64,000 nt of DNA from an uncultured Spirochaetota bacterium (GTDB lineage Bacteria; Spirochaetota; Spirochaetia; SZUA-6; Fen-1364): positions 160,001 to 224,000 of the forward strand of contig CAVTHO010000009.1 of the NCBI GenBank assembly GCA_963734545.1, in the 5' to 3' direction. The notes under the pieces were generated by a model. The model had not been told where the DNA came from, made no database searches, and was given only the letters and a program-made list of their open reading frames with translations. This document shows, piece by piece, positions 33,340 to 43,306 of this stretch. The position numbers were made by a program, and so were the translations under genes. The number at the start of each line of letters is the position of its first letter. The stretch's first letter is position 1.

Positions 33340-33936
33340 CTATCCGATTCGCCCTTTCGAGGACATTTCCTCGCTGCTTGCCTCGTACGCCTGGTGCAAC
33401 GCCTTGCCCAGCGCCTTGAAGGCCGCCTCCGCCATGTGATGGCTGTTCTCCCCTCTGCGGATGTCCACGTGCAGGCTGATGCGCGCCTGCGACGCGAGGG
33501 CGGTGAAGAACTCACGGAGAAGAGAGAGGTCGAATGTTCCCGCCATGGGCTGGGGAAAAGACGCGTGCCAGGACAAGGTGGGCCTGCCGCACACGTCGAT
33601 CGTCACCTCTGCCAGCGCCTCGTCCATCGGGACCACGGCATGGCCGAATCGCGTCACGTGCCCGGTCTTGGCCAGCACATCGGCAAAGGCCTGTCCCAGC
33701 ACGAGCCCCGTGTCCTCCACCATGTGATGGGCGTCCACCTCGAGGTCTCCGGTGCCTTCCAGGCTGAGGCCCAGCCTGCCATGAAACGACATGCTCGTCA
33801 GGAGATGGTCCAGAAACGGCAGACCGGTGCGAATTGCTCCCGGGACGGCTGTGTCCGGGTCGAGGGTAAGGGTGATGTCTGTCTCTCGCGTCTTGCGCGT
33901 GACCTGCACTTTCCGGGACGGCACTCCGAGTTCCAC
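33340..33936 (-). CDS. hisB: Imidazoleglycerol-phosphate dehydratase
   Basis: RKTRETDI, FLDHLL, DAHHMVED, PMDEAL, NSHHMAEAAFKA. Confidence 0.95.
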   Translation of the reverse strand: MELGVPSRKVQVTRKTRETDITLTLDPDTAVPGAIRTGLPFLDHLLTSMSFHGRLGLSLEGTGDLEVDAHHMVEDTGLVLGQAFADVLAKTGHVTRFGHAVVPMDEALAEVTIDVCGRPTLSWHASFPQPMAGTFDLSLLREFFTALASQARISLHVDIRRGENSHHMAEAAFKALGKALHQAYEASSEEMSSKGRIG

Positions 33937-33939
33937 CTT

Positions 33940-34024
33940 TCCGGCGCGGTACTCCGCGCATTCGCTTCAATCCGGCGCGGTACTCCGCGCATTCGCTTCA
34001 AACCTGCGTGGTACTCCGCGCATT
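33940..34024. repeat. 31-bp tandem repeat (about 2.7 copies) with a palindromic core, in the hisB leader
   Basis: TCCGGCGCGGTACTCCGCGCATTCGCTTCAA x2 plus a degenerate third copy. Confidence 0.9.
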
Positions 34025-34076
34025 TATCCCTATTGTATACACCCGACGCTGAAAATCAAATCCGGCGCCTGGACCG

Positions 34077-36792
34077 CTACGCGTGCACCACCTCCCTGCC
34101 GTTCCTCGCGCGTACTATCGCGCGCACGTAGATCTTCGCGATTTCGTTGAGGATGATCGTGGAGAAGGACAGCAGCCACACAATGCCCCACTGGAGAGCG
34201 TCCAGTCCGACGAGCTTGAAGTAGGAGGCGAGTCCGGGGACCAGGACGACGATCACCTGCATGAAAGAGCAGAGAAAAAAAGCGCCGATGAGCCAGCGGT
34301 TCTTGAAAATGCCGACCGAGATCAGGGACTTGGTGATATGACGGGTGTTGAAGGCGTGGAAGAGCTGGCTGAGGCTCAGCACGCAGAAGGCCATGGTGCG
34401 CGCCAGGGGGAGCCCTGTTTCTTCGCCGCCGCCCAGGGACAGGCCGATGAGGTAGGCTGCCAGGGCGAGGGAGCCTTTCACCAACCCGTTGAGAATGATG
34501 AAGGGCACGCCGCCGTGCGCAAAAAGGCTCTCCTTCGGGTTGCGCGGTTTTTCCCTGATGGCGTCCGGGTCGCCGGGATCCATGCCGAGGGCGAGGGCGG
34601 GAAACGTGTCCGTCACCAGGTTGACCCACAGCAGGTGGATGGGCAGGAGCGGAATGGGCATGCCGATGAGGATCGGGAAAAAGATACAGAGGATCTCGCC
34701 GAGGTTGCACGAGAGGAGAAAGAATATCGCCTTGCGGATGTTGGCGTAGATGTGGCGGCCTTCCTCGACGGCCTTGACGATGGTCTTGAAGTTGTCGTCG
34801 GCGAGGATGATGTCCGACGCGCCTTTTGCCACGTCCGTCCCGGTGACGCCCATGGCGACCCCGATGTCCGCCGCCTTCAGGCTGGGCGCGTCATTCACGC
34901 CGTCTCCGGTCATCGAAACGACATGCCCATCCGCCCGGAATGCCTTCACGATGCGCACCTTGTGCTCGGGTGACACGCGCGCAAAGACGCGGACCGTCTT
35001 GACGCGCCCCGTCAGGGCGGGGTCGCTCAGCGTGTCGATTTCCGGGCCGGAGAGGGCCTCATCCTCGCTCTTCGCTATCTCGAGGGCACGGGCGATGGCG
35101 AGGGCGGTGGCCTTGTGGTCTCCGGTGATCATGGCCACCCCGATGCCGGACGCCCTGCAGACCGCGATGGAATCCTTGACCTCCAGCCGCGGCGGATCGA
35201 TCATGCCGACGATGCCGAGGAATACGAGTCCCTCCTCGAGCCCCGCGCCCTCGGGCTTTTCGGAATCTTCCAGCTCGCGGTAGGCGGCGCCGAGGACGCG
35301 CAGGGCCCTGCCCGGCCATCTCGTCCGCCTCGGCAAGGATCGCTTCCTTGCGCCGTTTGTCCAGGGCCACGGCTGACCCGTCCGACATGACCCGGTCGCA
35401 GGACTCCAGGAGCCGGTCTGCCGCGCCCTTGGTCATCACGAGGCGCTGGGCGCCGCGGGCATGGACGGTGCTCATCATCTTGCGGTCCGAATCGAAGGGC
35501 AGCTCCCCGATGCGGGGTGCGTCTGCAAGGATGACCGACTTGCAGATCCCCGCGGCGTTTGACAATTCGAGGAGGGCGATCTCGGTCGGATCGCCGGTCG
35601 CATCATCCGGGTTGCAGGCGGTGACGCCGGGCGCCCCGAGGGAGGCATCATTGCACAGAGCTATCGCCTCCAGCAGGAGCCGCTGGCCGGACCGCGAGGC
35701 ATCGATGGACGATGCGTTTCCAGATGCGCCGTCCGCGGACCATTCCACGACGGACATCCTGTTCCGGGTGAGGGTTCCTGTCTTGTCGGAGCAGATCATG
35801 GTGACGGCCCCCAGGGTCTCGACAGCCGGAAGGCGGCGGACGATCGCCTTCTCCCTGCTCATGCGCTGGACGCCGATGGCGAGCACGATCGTCACGATCG
35901 CGACGAGGCCCTCGGGGACGGCGGCCACTGCGAGGGACACCGCGGTGAGGAAGAGCTCGAACAGCGTTTTCTCCGCGATGAGCCCGCGCCGGATAAGCTC
36001 CTCGCCCACGGCGATGGCGAACAGGAAGCCACAGAAAATGAGGATGACCACGCCGAGCTTCCTGCCGAAATCGTCCAGCTTCTTCTGGAGGGGAGTCTCT
36101 TCCTGCTCCTCCGCATCGAGCATCGTGGCGATGCGCCCCAGCTCGGTGTCCATGCCCGTCCCGACGGCGAGTCCCAGGCCGCGGCCATAGGTGGCCAGGG
36201 TCGAGGAATACCCCATGTTGAGCCGGTCGCCGAGGGCCGAGTCCCCGTCCACGACCAGGTCGGCGCGCTTCTCCACGGGGACCGACTCGCCGGTGAGCGA
36301 GGCCTCCTCCACCTTGAGGTTGACCGCCTCGATCCAGCGCAGGTCGCAGGGTATCACGCGTCCCGCCTCGATCACGACGACGTCCCCGGGCACCACCTCA
36401 TCCGAGGCGATCTCGCGGGGCGAACAGTCCCGCACGACGACGGCCCTGGGCGCGGAGAGTTTCTTCAATGCCTCGAGGGCTTTCTCCGCCTTCGATTCCT
36501 GGATGACTCCGACCACCGCATTGATGATGACCACGGCGAGTATAATCACCGCGTCCGACCCTTCGCCGAGGAGGACGGAGATGCCGGCCGCGGCCAGGAG
36601 GATGTAGATGAGGACGTCCTGAAACTGCTCCAGCACGCGCCGGAAGAGGCTCTTGCGCTTCCTGGCGGCGAGGCGGTTGGGGCCGCAGGTCTCGAGCCTG
36701 CGCGCCGCCTCTGCCGAGTCGAGGCCCCTCGAGGGATCGACACGGAGCGCGGCAATCGCCTGGGCAGTCGTCTTGACGTGCCATTGATCCAT
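34077..36792 (-). CDS. P2A-type cation-transporting P-type ATPase (frameshift ~35318)
   Basis: LTGES, VPEGL, CSDKTGTLT, TKGA, MITGDH, TGDGVNDAP. Confidence 0.93.
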
Positions 36793-36809
36793 CACATCCT
36801 CCTTTCTGC

Positions 36810-36856
36810 AAAAAAAAATCGCCCGGCCGCGGCGTTGCCGTCGCCACCAGGCGATT
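36810..36856 (-). terminator. Riboswitch expression-platform terminator
   Basis: ATCGCCTGG...CCGGGCGAT followed by a U-tract; its 5' arm overlaps the 3' strand of aptamer P1. Confidence 0.8.
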
Positions 36857-37004
36857 GGTCTTGCTGACACTCGCGTGCAACGTGGACCGGGTCCGCGGCT
36901 CGTGATTCCTGTCTCCGCGGGATGACAGGCAGATGCCGCTCGCCGTGCTGACGATCCACGATCACCGGAGCCTCGAAGCTCCGGAGAAGCTACTCCCCAT
37001 TCGC
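36851..37004 (-). ncRNA. yybP-ykoY (Mn2+) riboswitch
   Basis: GGGGAGTAGC, CGTCAGCAC, GCAAGACC; P1 GCGAATGG/CCAATCGC; TATAAT at 37012-37017; sits upstream of a P-type ATPase. Confidence 0.85.
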
Positions 37005-37075
37005 TGCCGGTATTATAGGGCCCCTCCCGGGATTGCACAAGTGACGGCAGAAGGCGTCCAGGGGACCGGCGCTCC

Positions 37076-39700
37076 TCAGCCGGCGGCGCGCGCGAGGGCC
37101 CGCCGGACCTCGGAGGCAAGCACCGAGGCCACGACCGGTTTCAGAAGGTAGGGCAGCCGTGTCTCCTCGAGGAAGGACCGGGTGACCGGATTGAGACTGT
37201 CACCGGTGATATAAATCAGGCGCCTGAGCAGTCCGGGGCGGCTGACACGGATCCACTCGTAGAGCTCCTTGCCGTCGCGGTCCGGCATCCTGAAGTCCGA
37301 GATCACGAGGGAATAAGCAGTCCCGTAGGCCAGGAGTGCGACCGCCTCCTGTCCATTCGCGGCGCTGTCCACCATGCACCCGAGGCTCTCCAGGTAATGA
37401 TACACGAACTCCCGGATGGCCGGCTCGTCCTCTGCAACGAGGATCAATGCGCCTGCCAGGTCGATCTCGCCGGCCGGTTCCGGCTCCTGTTCCCCGTCGC
37501 CGGCAGGCAGCTCCACGGTGAATGCGGTGCCCTCGCCGGGGACGCTCCGCACGCTGATATCGCCGCCCAGGGCCTCCACGATCGCGAGGGACACGGCCAG
37601 CCCGAGCCCGGTGCCGCCGATTTCCCGGCGCGTGGTGAAAAATGGATCGAACACCTTTCCGAGCTGCTGGGGCGCAATGCCCTGCCCCGTGTCGGAGACC
37701 TCCGCCCAGACACGGCCGATGTCTCTCCAGGTCCGCACGCGAAGCTTCCGCTCACGCGTCGCGGTATCCCGCGGATTCGGCGTCGCGGTATCCCGCGGAT
37801 TCGGCGTCGCGGTATCCCGCGGATTCGGCGTCTCGGTATCCCACGGATTCTCCGGGCCCGGCATCGCGGGTTCGCCGAGCGCGTGCTCGGCATTGTCCAC
37901 CAGGTTGTGAAAAACCTCCCAGAGCTGGTCCGGGTCAGCCATGACAGCAGGGATGCCGTCGGTGAGCTCCAACGACACCTCGATCCCCGCTGCCTCCAGA
38001 CTGCCCCGGCGCAGCTCGATCACCGAGGCGGCGGCGCTGTTCATGGAGCACGCCTCTCTTTTTTGCGGGCGCTCGGCCGAGGTGCCGAGAAGCCCCTGCA
38101 CGATGCCCTGGGCGCGCATTGCCTCGGCGAGGACCCGGTCGAGATCCTGCTGCAGCGCCGCGTGGGTGCGCCCGCGCACCCGCGCCATCTCCATCGAGGC
38201 GGTGATTCCGGCCACCGCGTTGCGCAGCTCGTGCGCCACCCTGGAGACGATCTCACCGAGCGCGGCGAGCTTCTCCGACCTCCGCAGCTTCTCCTCCATG
38301 CGCTTTCTCTGGGTGATGTCCCGCGCAATGCCGTGGATCTCAGCCTCACCGTGCGCACCGCCGCTGCGCACGCTTTCCAGCTCGAGGATCACCTCTTCCC
38401 CCAACCGGGTGAGCAGGGTGAGCTCGCGCGGCAGGGCGCCCGGCGTGGTGAGCGGCCCGCCGCCGCTCTGCAGCAGTCTCTCCCGTGCGTCCGGCGCCAT
38501 GAAGTCGGGGAGCCTCTTTCCGAGGATCTGATCGAGCGGATAGCCCAGCACGCGCTCCGCCCGCGAGTTGATGAAGACGATCTTCCTCGACGCGTCCAGC
38601 GAGAAAATGATGTCGCGCGCGTTTTCCGTGACGTGGCGGTAGCGCCTCTCGGAGACCTCGAGGGCCGCCGTCCTTTCCCGAAGGTGCCGCACCATGTCGT
38701 TGAACGAGCGGGAAAGTACCCCGATCTCGTCCGCGGAGTGGGAAGGGATCTGGTACTGGAGATCTCCGCTCGCGATCCTCACGGTGCCTCGGAGCAGCGC
38801 ATCGAGGGAACGCGAATACAGCCGCGCGACGATCACCGCCACGAACATGGCCATGGCCAGCCCGATGAGCACCAGGAGCAAGGACCGGCGCAGCACGAGA
38901 GAAACAGGGAAAAACGCCTTGGCCAGCGGCTGTTGAATGTAGACGGTCCATCCCAGCCCGGGCACCGCGCTGCTCACGAGGAGAGTGTCCCGCATCGAGG
39001 GAGAGCCGGGCCCGGCGGGGGCTTCACGGCGAAGGACAGCCGCCTTGTCCGGATACGCGATGAGCGTCCCTTCGGCGGAGACTACGTATGCGAATCCCCC
39101 GGGCCCCGCGTCGATGTCGTCGATGAGCCGCCAGATTTTCTCCAGCGAGAACCGGGCCACCAGGGAGATACCTCGCCGGGGAGCGATGACAAAGGTCATG
39201 CTGGGCAGACCGTGGAAGTCGATCTCCACCGGTGAAGTCCACGCCGTCCCCTGCATGGCATTCCGCAGCGCCTCGGGGGGAAACTCCCCCATGTCCACCG
39301 ATCCCAGCCGATTGTCCGCCTTGATTGCCCCGGTACGGTCCACGACCACGACGGTATCGAAGATCGCAGATTCCATCACCTTCTTTTCCAGCAGCACGCT
39401 GCTCACCCAGGGCATGCGGTCGAGGAACTCCAGGACGGCCGCGTTTTCCGAGAGGTCACGGCGCGCACCCTCGATGTAGCTGCTGATCTCCCCCGCGGCC
39501 CTTCGGGCAATCTGCTCGTTGCGCTGCCGCACGTTGAGCCGGAGCTGCTCGGTGGCGAACCGCACGATGAAACCGGCCGTAAGGGAGACGGAGAGGACGA
39601 GGAGGACGATGCTCCCGAGGGCGAGCTTCACCCACATTTGATGCAGGAAGGGCAACTCTGTCTTGTCCGGGCTCCATCCAGGTGACTCTTTGCGGCGCAT
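37076..39700 (-). CDS. Hybrid sensor kinase (Cache-HAMP-PAS-HisKA-HATPase-REC)
   Basis: Two TM segments, DEIGVLSRSFNDM, VAHELRN, NLVDNA, DTGQGI, GTGLGL, AEDE..ISDFRMP. Confidence 0.92.
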   Translation of the reverse strand: MRRKESPGWSPDKTELPFLHQMWVKLALGSIVLLVLSVSLTAGFIVRFATEQLRLNVRQRNEQIARRAAGEISSYIEGARRDLSENAAVLEFLDRMPWVSSVLLEKKVMESAIFDTVVVVDRTGAIKADNRLGSVDMGEFPPEALRNAMQGTAWTSPVEIDFHGLPSMTFVIAPRRGISLVARFSLEKIWRLIDDIDAGPGGFAYVVSAEGTLIAYPDKAAVLRREAPAGPGSPSMRDTLLVSSAVPGLGWTVYIQQPLAKAFFPVSLVLRRSLLLVLIGLAMAMFVAVIVARLYSRSLDALLRGTVRIASGDLQYQIPSHSADEIGVLSRSFNDMVRHLRERTAALEVSERRYRHVTENARDIIFSLDASRKIVFINSRAERVLGYPLDQILGKRLPDFMAPDARERLLQSGGGPLTTPGALPRELTLLTRLGEEVILELESVRSGGAHGEAEIHGIARDITQRKRMEEKLRRSEKLAALGEIVSRVAHELRNAVAGITASMEMARVRGRTHAALQQDLDRVLAEAMRAQGIVQGLLGTSAERPQKREACSMNSAAASVIELRRGSLEAAGIEVSLELTDGIPAVMADPDQLWEVFHNLVDNAEHALGEPAMPGPENPWDTETPNPRDTATPNPRDTATPNPRDTATRERKLRVRTWRDIGRVWAEVSDTGQGIAPQQLGKVFDPFFTTRREIGGTGLGLAVSLAIVEALGGDISVRSVPGEGTAFTVELPAGDGEQEPEPAGEIDLAGALILVAEDEPAIREFVYHYLESLGCMVDSAANGQEAVALLAYGTAYSLVISDFRMPDRDGKELYEWIRVSRPGLLRRLIYITGDSLNPVTRSFLEETRLPYLLKPVVASVLASEVRRALARAAG
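37757..37852. repeat. 24-bp in-frame tandem repeat x4 inside the kinase gene
   Basis: CGTCGCGGTATCCCGCGGATTCGG x3 plus a degenerate copy; encodes TPNPRDTA repeats. Confidence 0.92.
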
Positions 39701-39870
39701 GAGGCCGCCATTGTGCCCTTTGGGGCCCCGGGCATCAAGCCAGCCACGAATGCCACGGAATACCGTGGCCGCGGTCTCTGTGACATTCGCGGCCTCGAAT
39801 ATCGCGCGGTGACCCCGGCTGCGAGTCTCCGTTGACGGCTGACAGGCGAGGGCTTACAGTTCGCCGGGAC

Positions 39871-41097
39871 ATGACAAAAAGCATACCGGGCACGCTCCCC
39901 GCGGCGGCGGTTTCAGGGGCGCTCCATCTGCTTGCGCTTCTCCAGTTCATTGCTCATCGCGGCCAGTACAGCCTGCCGGCCGAATGGACGCGCGACTTCT
40001 GCCTTCTCCTGGGACTGTCATTTCTCCTTCTCGTTGTGATGCACGTCGCGCCTTCGCTCCGCGCCCGCGTCGCCGCGGCGGTGGTCAAGACAGTCGCGTT
40101 CCTCATCGTCGGAGTGCCTTTCGGAGCCTTCCTGGACATCCGCTACATGCTCATGTTTTCCCTTCTGTTGGACGCGAGCTTCGCTTTCCCTCCCCCCGTT
40201 GACATCGCGCTCTCCGCTGCGGCGCTGACAGGATCCGCTCTCTTCCTCGTTCCGATGAACGCTTTCTCCGTTCCCCTGGCGTCGCCGCGGCTCCTCGATT
40301 GGGCTTCGTTCTTCTTCATCGGTGCTTCGCTCCTGCTTCTTCTTGCCTTCACGCGCAGGCTCTCGGGACGCGACAAGGAGAACGGAGCGAGAATCGCGTC
40401 CCTGAATGAGCTCATATCAAAGCTCATGAGCACCAGCAGGGATTACCTGGAGTACGCGGCCCGGGTCGAGCGGGAGTCAACGGAGAACGAGCGCAACAGG
40501 ATCACCCAGGACCTCCATGACGTCGTGGGTCAGGCCTTCACGAACATTTATGCCATGATGGACGCCTCCCTCAAGCATCCCCCCTCGCTCCCCGCGGAGA
40601 CAGGGGAGCTTCATGCCTGGGCAAAGGAGCAGGCGCAGAAGGGGCTGAACGAGACGCGCGCCATCCTCTACCAGCTCCGCTCCATTCGTGAGAAAGAACC
40701 GACAGGCATCCTCGCCATAAAAAACCTCGTGGACACTTTCAGCTACTCCACGAAGGTGAAAGTCAGGGTCGAGTGGGGGAATCTTCCCTGGGAAGTGGGA
40801 GAAGTCCTGGATGCCGTGCTCTACCGGCTCGTGCAGGAGTCCCTCGTGAACGCTTTCCGACATGGCAACGCCACCGAGATCCAGATACACTTCTGGGTGG
40901 GCGAGGATACCCTCTCCGTGGACATACAGGACAATGGCAAGGGCAGCCTTGCCGCAAAGAAGGGCATCGGGCAGGAGAGCATGGAGAGCCGGGTCCTGGC
41001 GGTCGGCGGCGCCATCACGTTTGCCGGCAGCAGCCAGGGCTACAACGTGCATGCGACCTTCCCCAGGAGCCTCGCAATCGCGGGCGGGCACGCGTGA
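39871..41097 (+). CDS. Membrane sensor kinase (HisKA_3/NarX type)
   Basis: ERNRITQDLHDVVG, QESLVNAFRHG, DNGKG. Confidence 0.9.
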   Translation: MTKSIPGTLPAAAVSGALHLLALLQFIAHRGQYSLPAEWTRDFCLLLGLSFLLLVVMHVAPSLRARVAAAVVKTVAFLIVGVPFGAFLDIRYMLMFSLLLDASFAFPPPVDIALSAAALTGSALFLVPMNAFSVPLASPRLLDWASFFFIGASLLLLLAFTRRLSGRDKENGARIASLNELISKLMSTSRDYLEYAARVERESTENERNRITQDLHDVVGQAFTNIYAMMDASLKHPPSLPAETGELHAWAKEQAQKGLNETRAILYQLRSIREKEPTGILAIKNLVDTFSYSTKVKVRVEWGNLPWEVGEVLDAVLYRLVQESLVNAFRHGNATEIQIHFWVGEDTLSVDIQDNGKGSLAAKKGIGQESMESRVLAVGGAITFAGSSQGYNVHATFPRSLAIAGGHA

Positions 41098-41756
41098 AGA
41101 TACTCATCGTGGATGACCAGAAGCTCTTTGCCGATTCGCTCAAGAAAGTCCTCCTCTCGGAAGACCGGTCCGTCGAGAGCGTGGCCATTGCGTACAACGG
41201 CGCGGAGGCCCTCGCCGAGATGCTGAAAGAGGCGCCGGACGTCATCCTGATGGACATTCACATGCCCGTCATGGATGGCATCGAGGCAACCCGCCTGATT
41301 CATCGCAAGTACCCTGGCGTGAGAATCCTGATGCTCACGACCTTCGGATACGACGAGTACGTCAAGGCGGCCCTGGACAAGGGCGCCGTGGGGTACCTGC
41401 TGAAGGACATCTCTTCCTCCGAGCTGCTGGCCTCCATCCGCGCTGCGCAAGGCGGAGTGCGCATCATCTCACCGCAGGTACTGGAGGGGATCGCGGGGGT
41501 GCAGCGCCGCCCCCCCGAAGGACCGAGAGTGCCGCCCTGGCTCAGGGACCTCACCGGGCGCGAGAGGGACATCCTCGTGCTGGCGATGAAAGGGTTCAGC
41601 AACGAGGAGATAGCGGAGAAGGTCTTTCTCAGCCTGCAGACGGTGAAAAACTACCTCAGCTCGATCTACGGAAAGCTGGGGGTGGAGAACAGGTTCCAGG
41701 CAATGCGGCTCGCAATGGAGTTCAAGATCGACTCGCTCGTAGACACGGATGCGTAG
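41094..41756 (+). CDS. NarL/LuxR-family response regulator
   Basis: ILIVDD, ILMDIHMP, LTGRE..SNEEIAE..TVKNY. Confidence 0.93.
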   Translation: MKILIVDDQKLFADSLKKVLLSEDRSVESVAIAYNGAEALAEMLKEAPDVILMDIHMPVMDGIEATRLIHRKYPGVRILMLTTFGYDEYVKAALDKGAVGYLLKDISSSELLASIRAAQGGVRIISPQVLEGIAGVQRRPPEGPRVPPWLRDLTGRERDILVLAMKGFSNEEIAEKVFLSLQTVKNYLSSIYGKLGVENRFQAMRLAMEFKIDSLVDTDA

Positions 41757-41811
41757 CGCGCGGAACGCCCCCGATGACGGGACATAGCCAGGGAGGGCGA
41801 GGCCGCGAAAT

Positions 41812-41847
41812 CGGTACTTTCGTACCGGCGATTGTGACTTCCGTAAC
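41812..41847 (+). promoter_or_regulatory. Putative response-regulator binding sites upstream of the ABC operon
   Basis: Inverted repeat CGGTAC-TTTC-GTACCG and a related GTGACTTCCGTAAC 21 nt downstream. Confidence 0.5.
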
Positions 41848-41975
41848 TTGCGGGCCCTCCCTGCCCCGCCCACACTGCGATTGAGTGTGGATGCCTCACG
41901 CCGGGGCCGGCCTTTCCATCATCCCCGGTTCACGGCGGACGCGCTCACATCACTCTCGAATCGAAGGAGGTTGGC

Positions 41976-43232
41976 ATGAAAAAACTCATTGGTGTCGTGA
42001 TGGCGGTCGCGCTCGCTGCCGGCGTCTCGTTCACCGCAGACGGGGCGCCTGTCACCATCTCTTACATGACCTGGGACTCAGGCGTCGGCTTCGACATCAC
42101 GCAGAAGGCCGTCGATGCCTTCCAGATCAAGTTTCCCAACATCAAAGTTGAGCTGCAGAGCGTGCCCCAGGGCTACGACGAGAAGGTGATGACGGCCAAC
42201 GCGGCAGGCAACACGCCGGACGGCCTCCTGATGTGGAACACATCTCAGTTCGCGGAGGCGGGTGTCGTGGAGAGCCTTTCGCCCTACATCGCCAGGGACA
42301 AGTACAACATGAACAAGTTCCTGCCGGTCCTGAAGGCATGGACGGAGTACAAGGGCGGCACGTGGGGGCTTCCCAAGGACTGGACGCCGCGCGTCATCTG
42401 GTACAACAGGAAGGTGTTCGACGACGCGGGCGTCGCGTATCCCCAGGACGGGTGGACGTGGGCAGACTTTACCGCCACGGTCAAGAAGCTCACCAACGGC
42501 AAGCCGGGCAAGGACGCCCGCTACGGATACGTGGCGATCCCCGGGCACACCTATGCCATCCAGCAGTACATCTGGTCAAATGGCGGAGACCTGGTGAGCA
42601 AAGACGGCCGGACGGCTACCGGCTACATCAACTCCTCCAGGGTCGTCGAGGTCGTGAAGTGGTACAAGGGCCTGTATGACATGTCGATCACCACCGGCGC
42701 CCAGGACCAGTACCAGAACCTCGGGCAGACCGAGTTTCAGTCCGGTATAATCGGCATGATGGACAACGGCGTGTGGCCCCTTGCCACCTTCAAGGACGAC
42801 AAGAGCCTGAGCTTCGACATCGTGGCCCCGCCTGTCCCGAGGAAGGGAGCGGCCTTGAAGCCCATCATCCACAGCGCGACCTGGTCCATGTTCGGCAAGG
42901 CGAAGAACAAGGACGCAACGTGGCAGCTCATCAAGTTCCTTGCCGACCCTGAAGGCCTGCGGATCCTCACCAAGGGCTTCTGGGCAATCCCGAGCATTTC
43001 TTCGATCAGCGAGGAGATGGGTTTCACAAAGGACCCCATCCTCAGGAAGTTCGTCCAGGTCGGCAGCAGGCCCACTATTGCTCCCGTGTTCGTGCGCAGC
43101 CCGAAGTGGTTCGAGGCCGACAACGAGTTCCTGGCCGCTCTCCAGAGCATCTTCATCTCCGGCGCGGATATCCAGTCGACGCTCGACGCCGCGGCGGCGA
43201 AGATGGATAAAATCCTGCAGGGAACCAGGTAG
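41976..43232 (+). CDS. Sugar ABC transporter substrate-binding protein (CUT1)
   Basis: Signal peptide, WYNRKVFDDAGV.YP..WTW. Confidence 0.92.
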   Translation: MKKLIGVVMAVALAAGVSFTADGAPVTISYMTWDSGVGFDITQKAVDAFQIKFPNIKVELQSVPQGYDEKVMTANAAGNTPDGLLMWNTSQFAEAGVVESLSPYIARDKYNMNKFLPVLKAWTEYKGGTWGLPKDWTPRVIWYNRKVFDDAGVAYPQDGWTWADFTATVKKLTNGKPGKDARYGYVAIPGHTYAIQQYIWSNGGDLVSKDGRTATGYINSSRVVEVVKWYKGLYDMSITTGAQDQYQNLGQTEFQSGIIGMMDNGVWPLATFKDDKSLSFDIVAPPVPRKGAALKPIIHSATWSMFGKAKNKDATWQLIKFLADPEGLRILTKGFWAIPSISSISEEMGFTKDPILRKFVQVGSRPTIAPVFVRSPKWFEADNEFLAALQSIFISGADIQSTLDAAAAKMDKILQGTR

Positions 43233-43246
43233 GTTCTCTTGAAAAA

Positions 43247-43274
43247 GGACCGGGGGGCGCCGGCTCCCCGGTCC
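43247..43274 (+). terminator. Intercistronic hairpin after the SBP gene
   Basis: GGACCGGGG...CCCCGGTCC. Confidence 0.5.
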
Positions 43275-43306
43275 TCCGGTGAACGGGAAAGGCATCGGCA
43301 CCAGAA

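Noticed and set aside
33940-34024. CRISPR array
   Set aside because: Units are directly adjacent with no unique spacers, and no cas genes are present
33937-34030. His attenuator leader peptide
   Set aside because: The short leader ORFs (MKRMRGVPRR...) contain no His run
37757-37852. CRISPR array
   Set aside because: In-frame tandem repeat with no spacers
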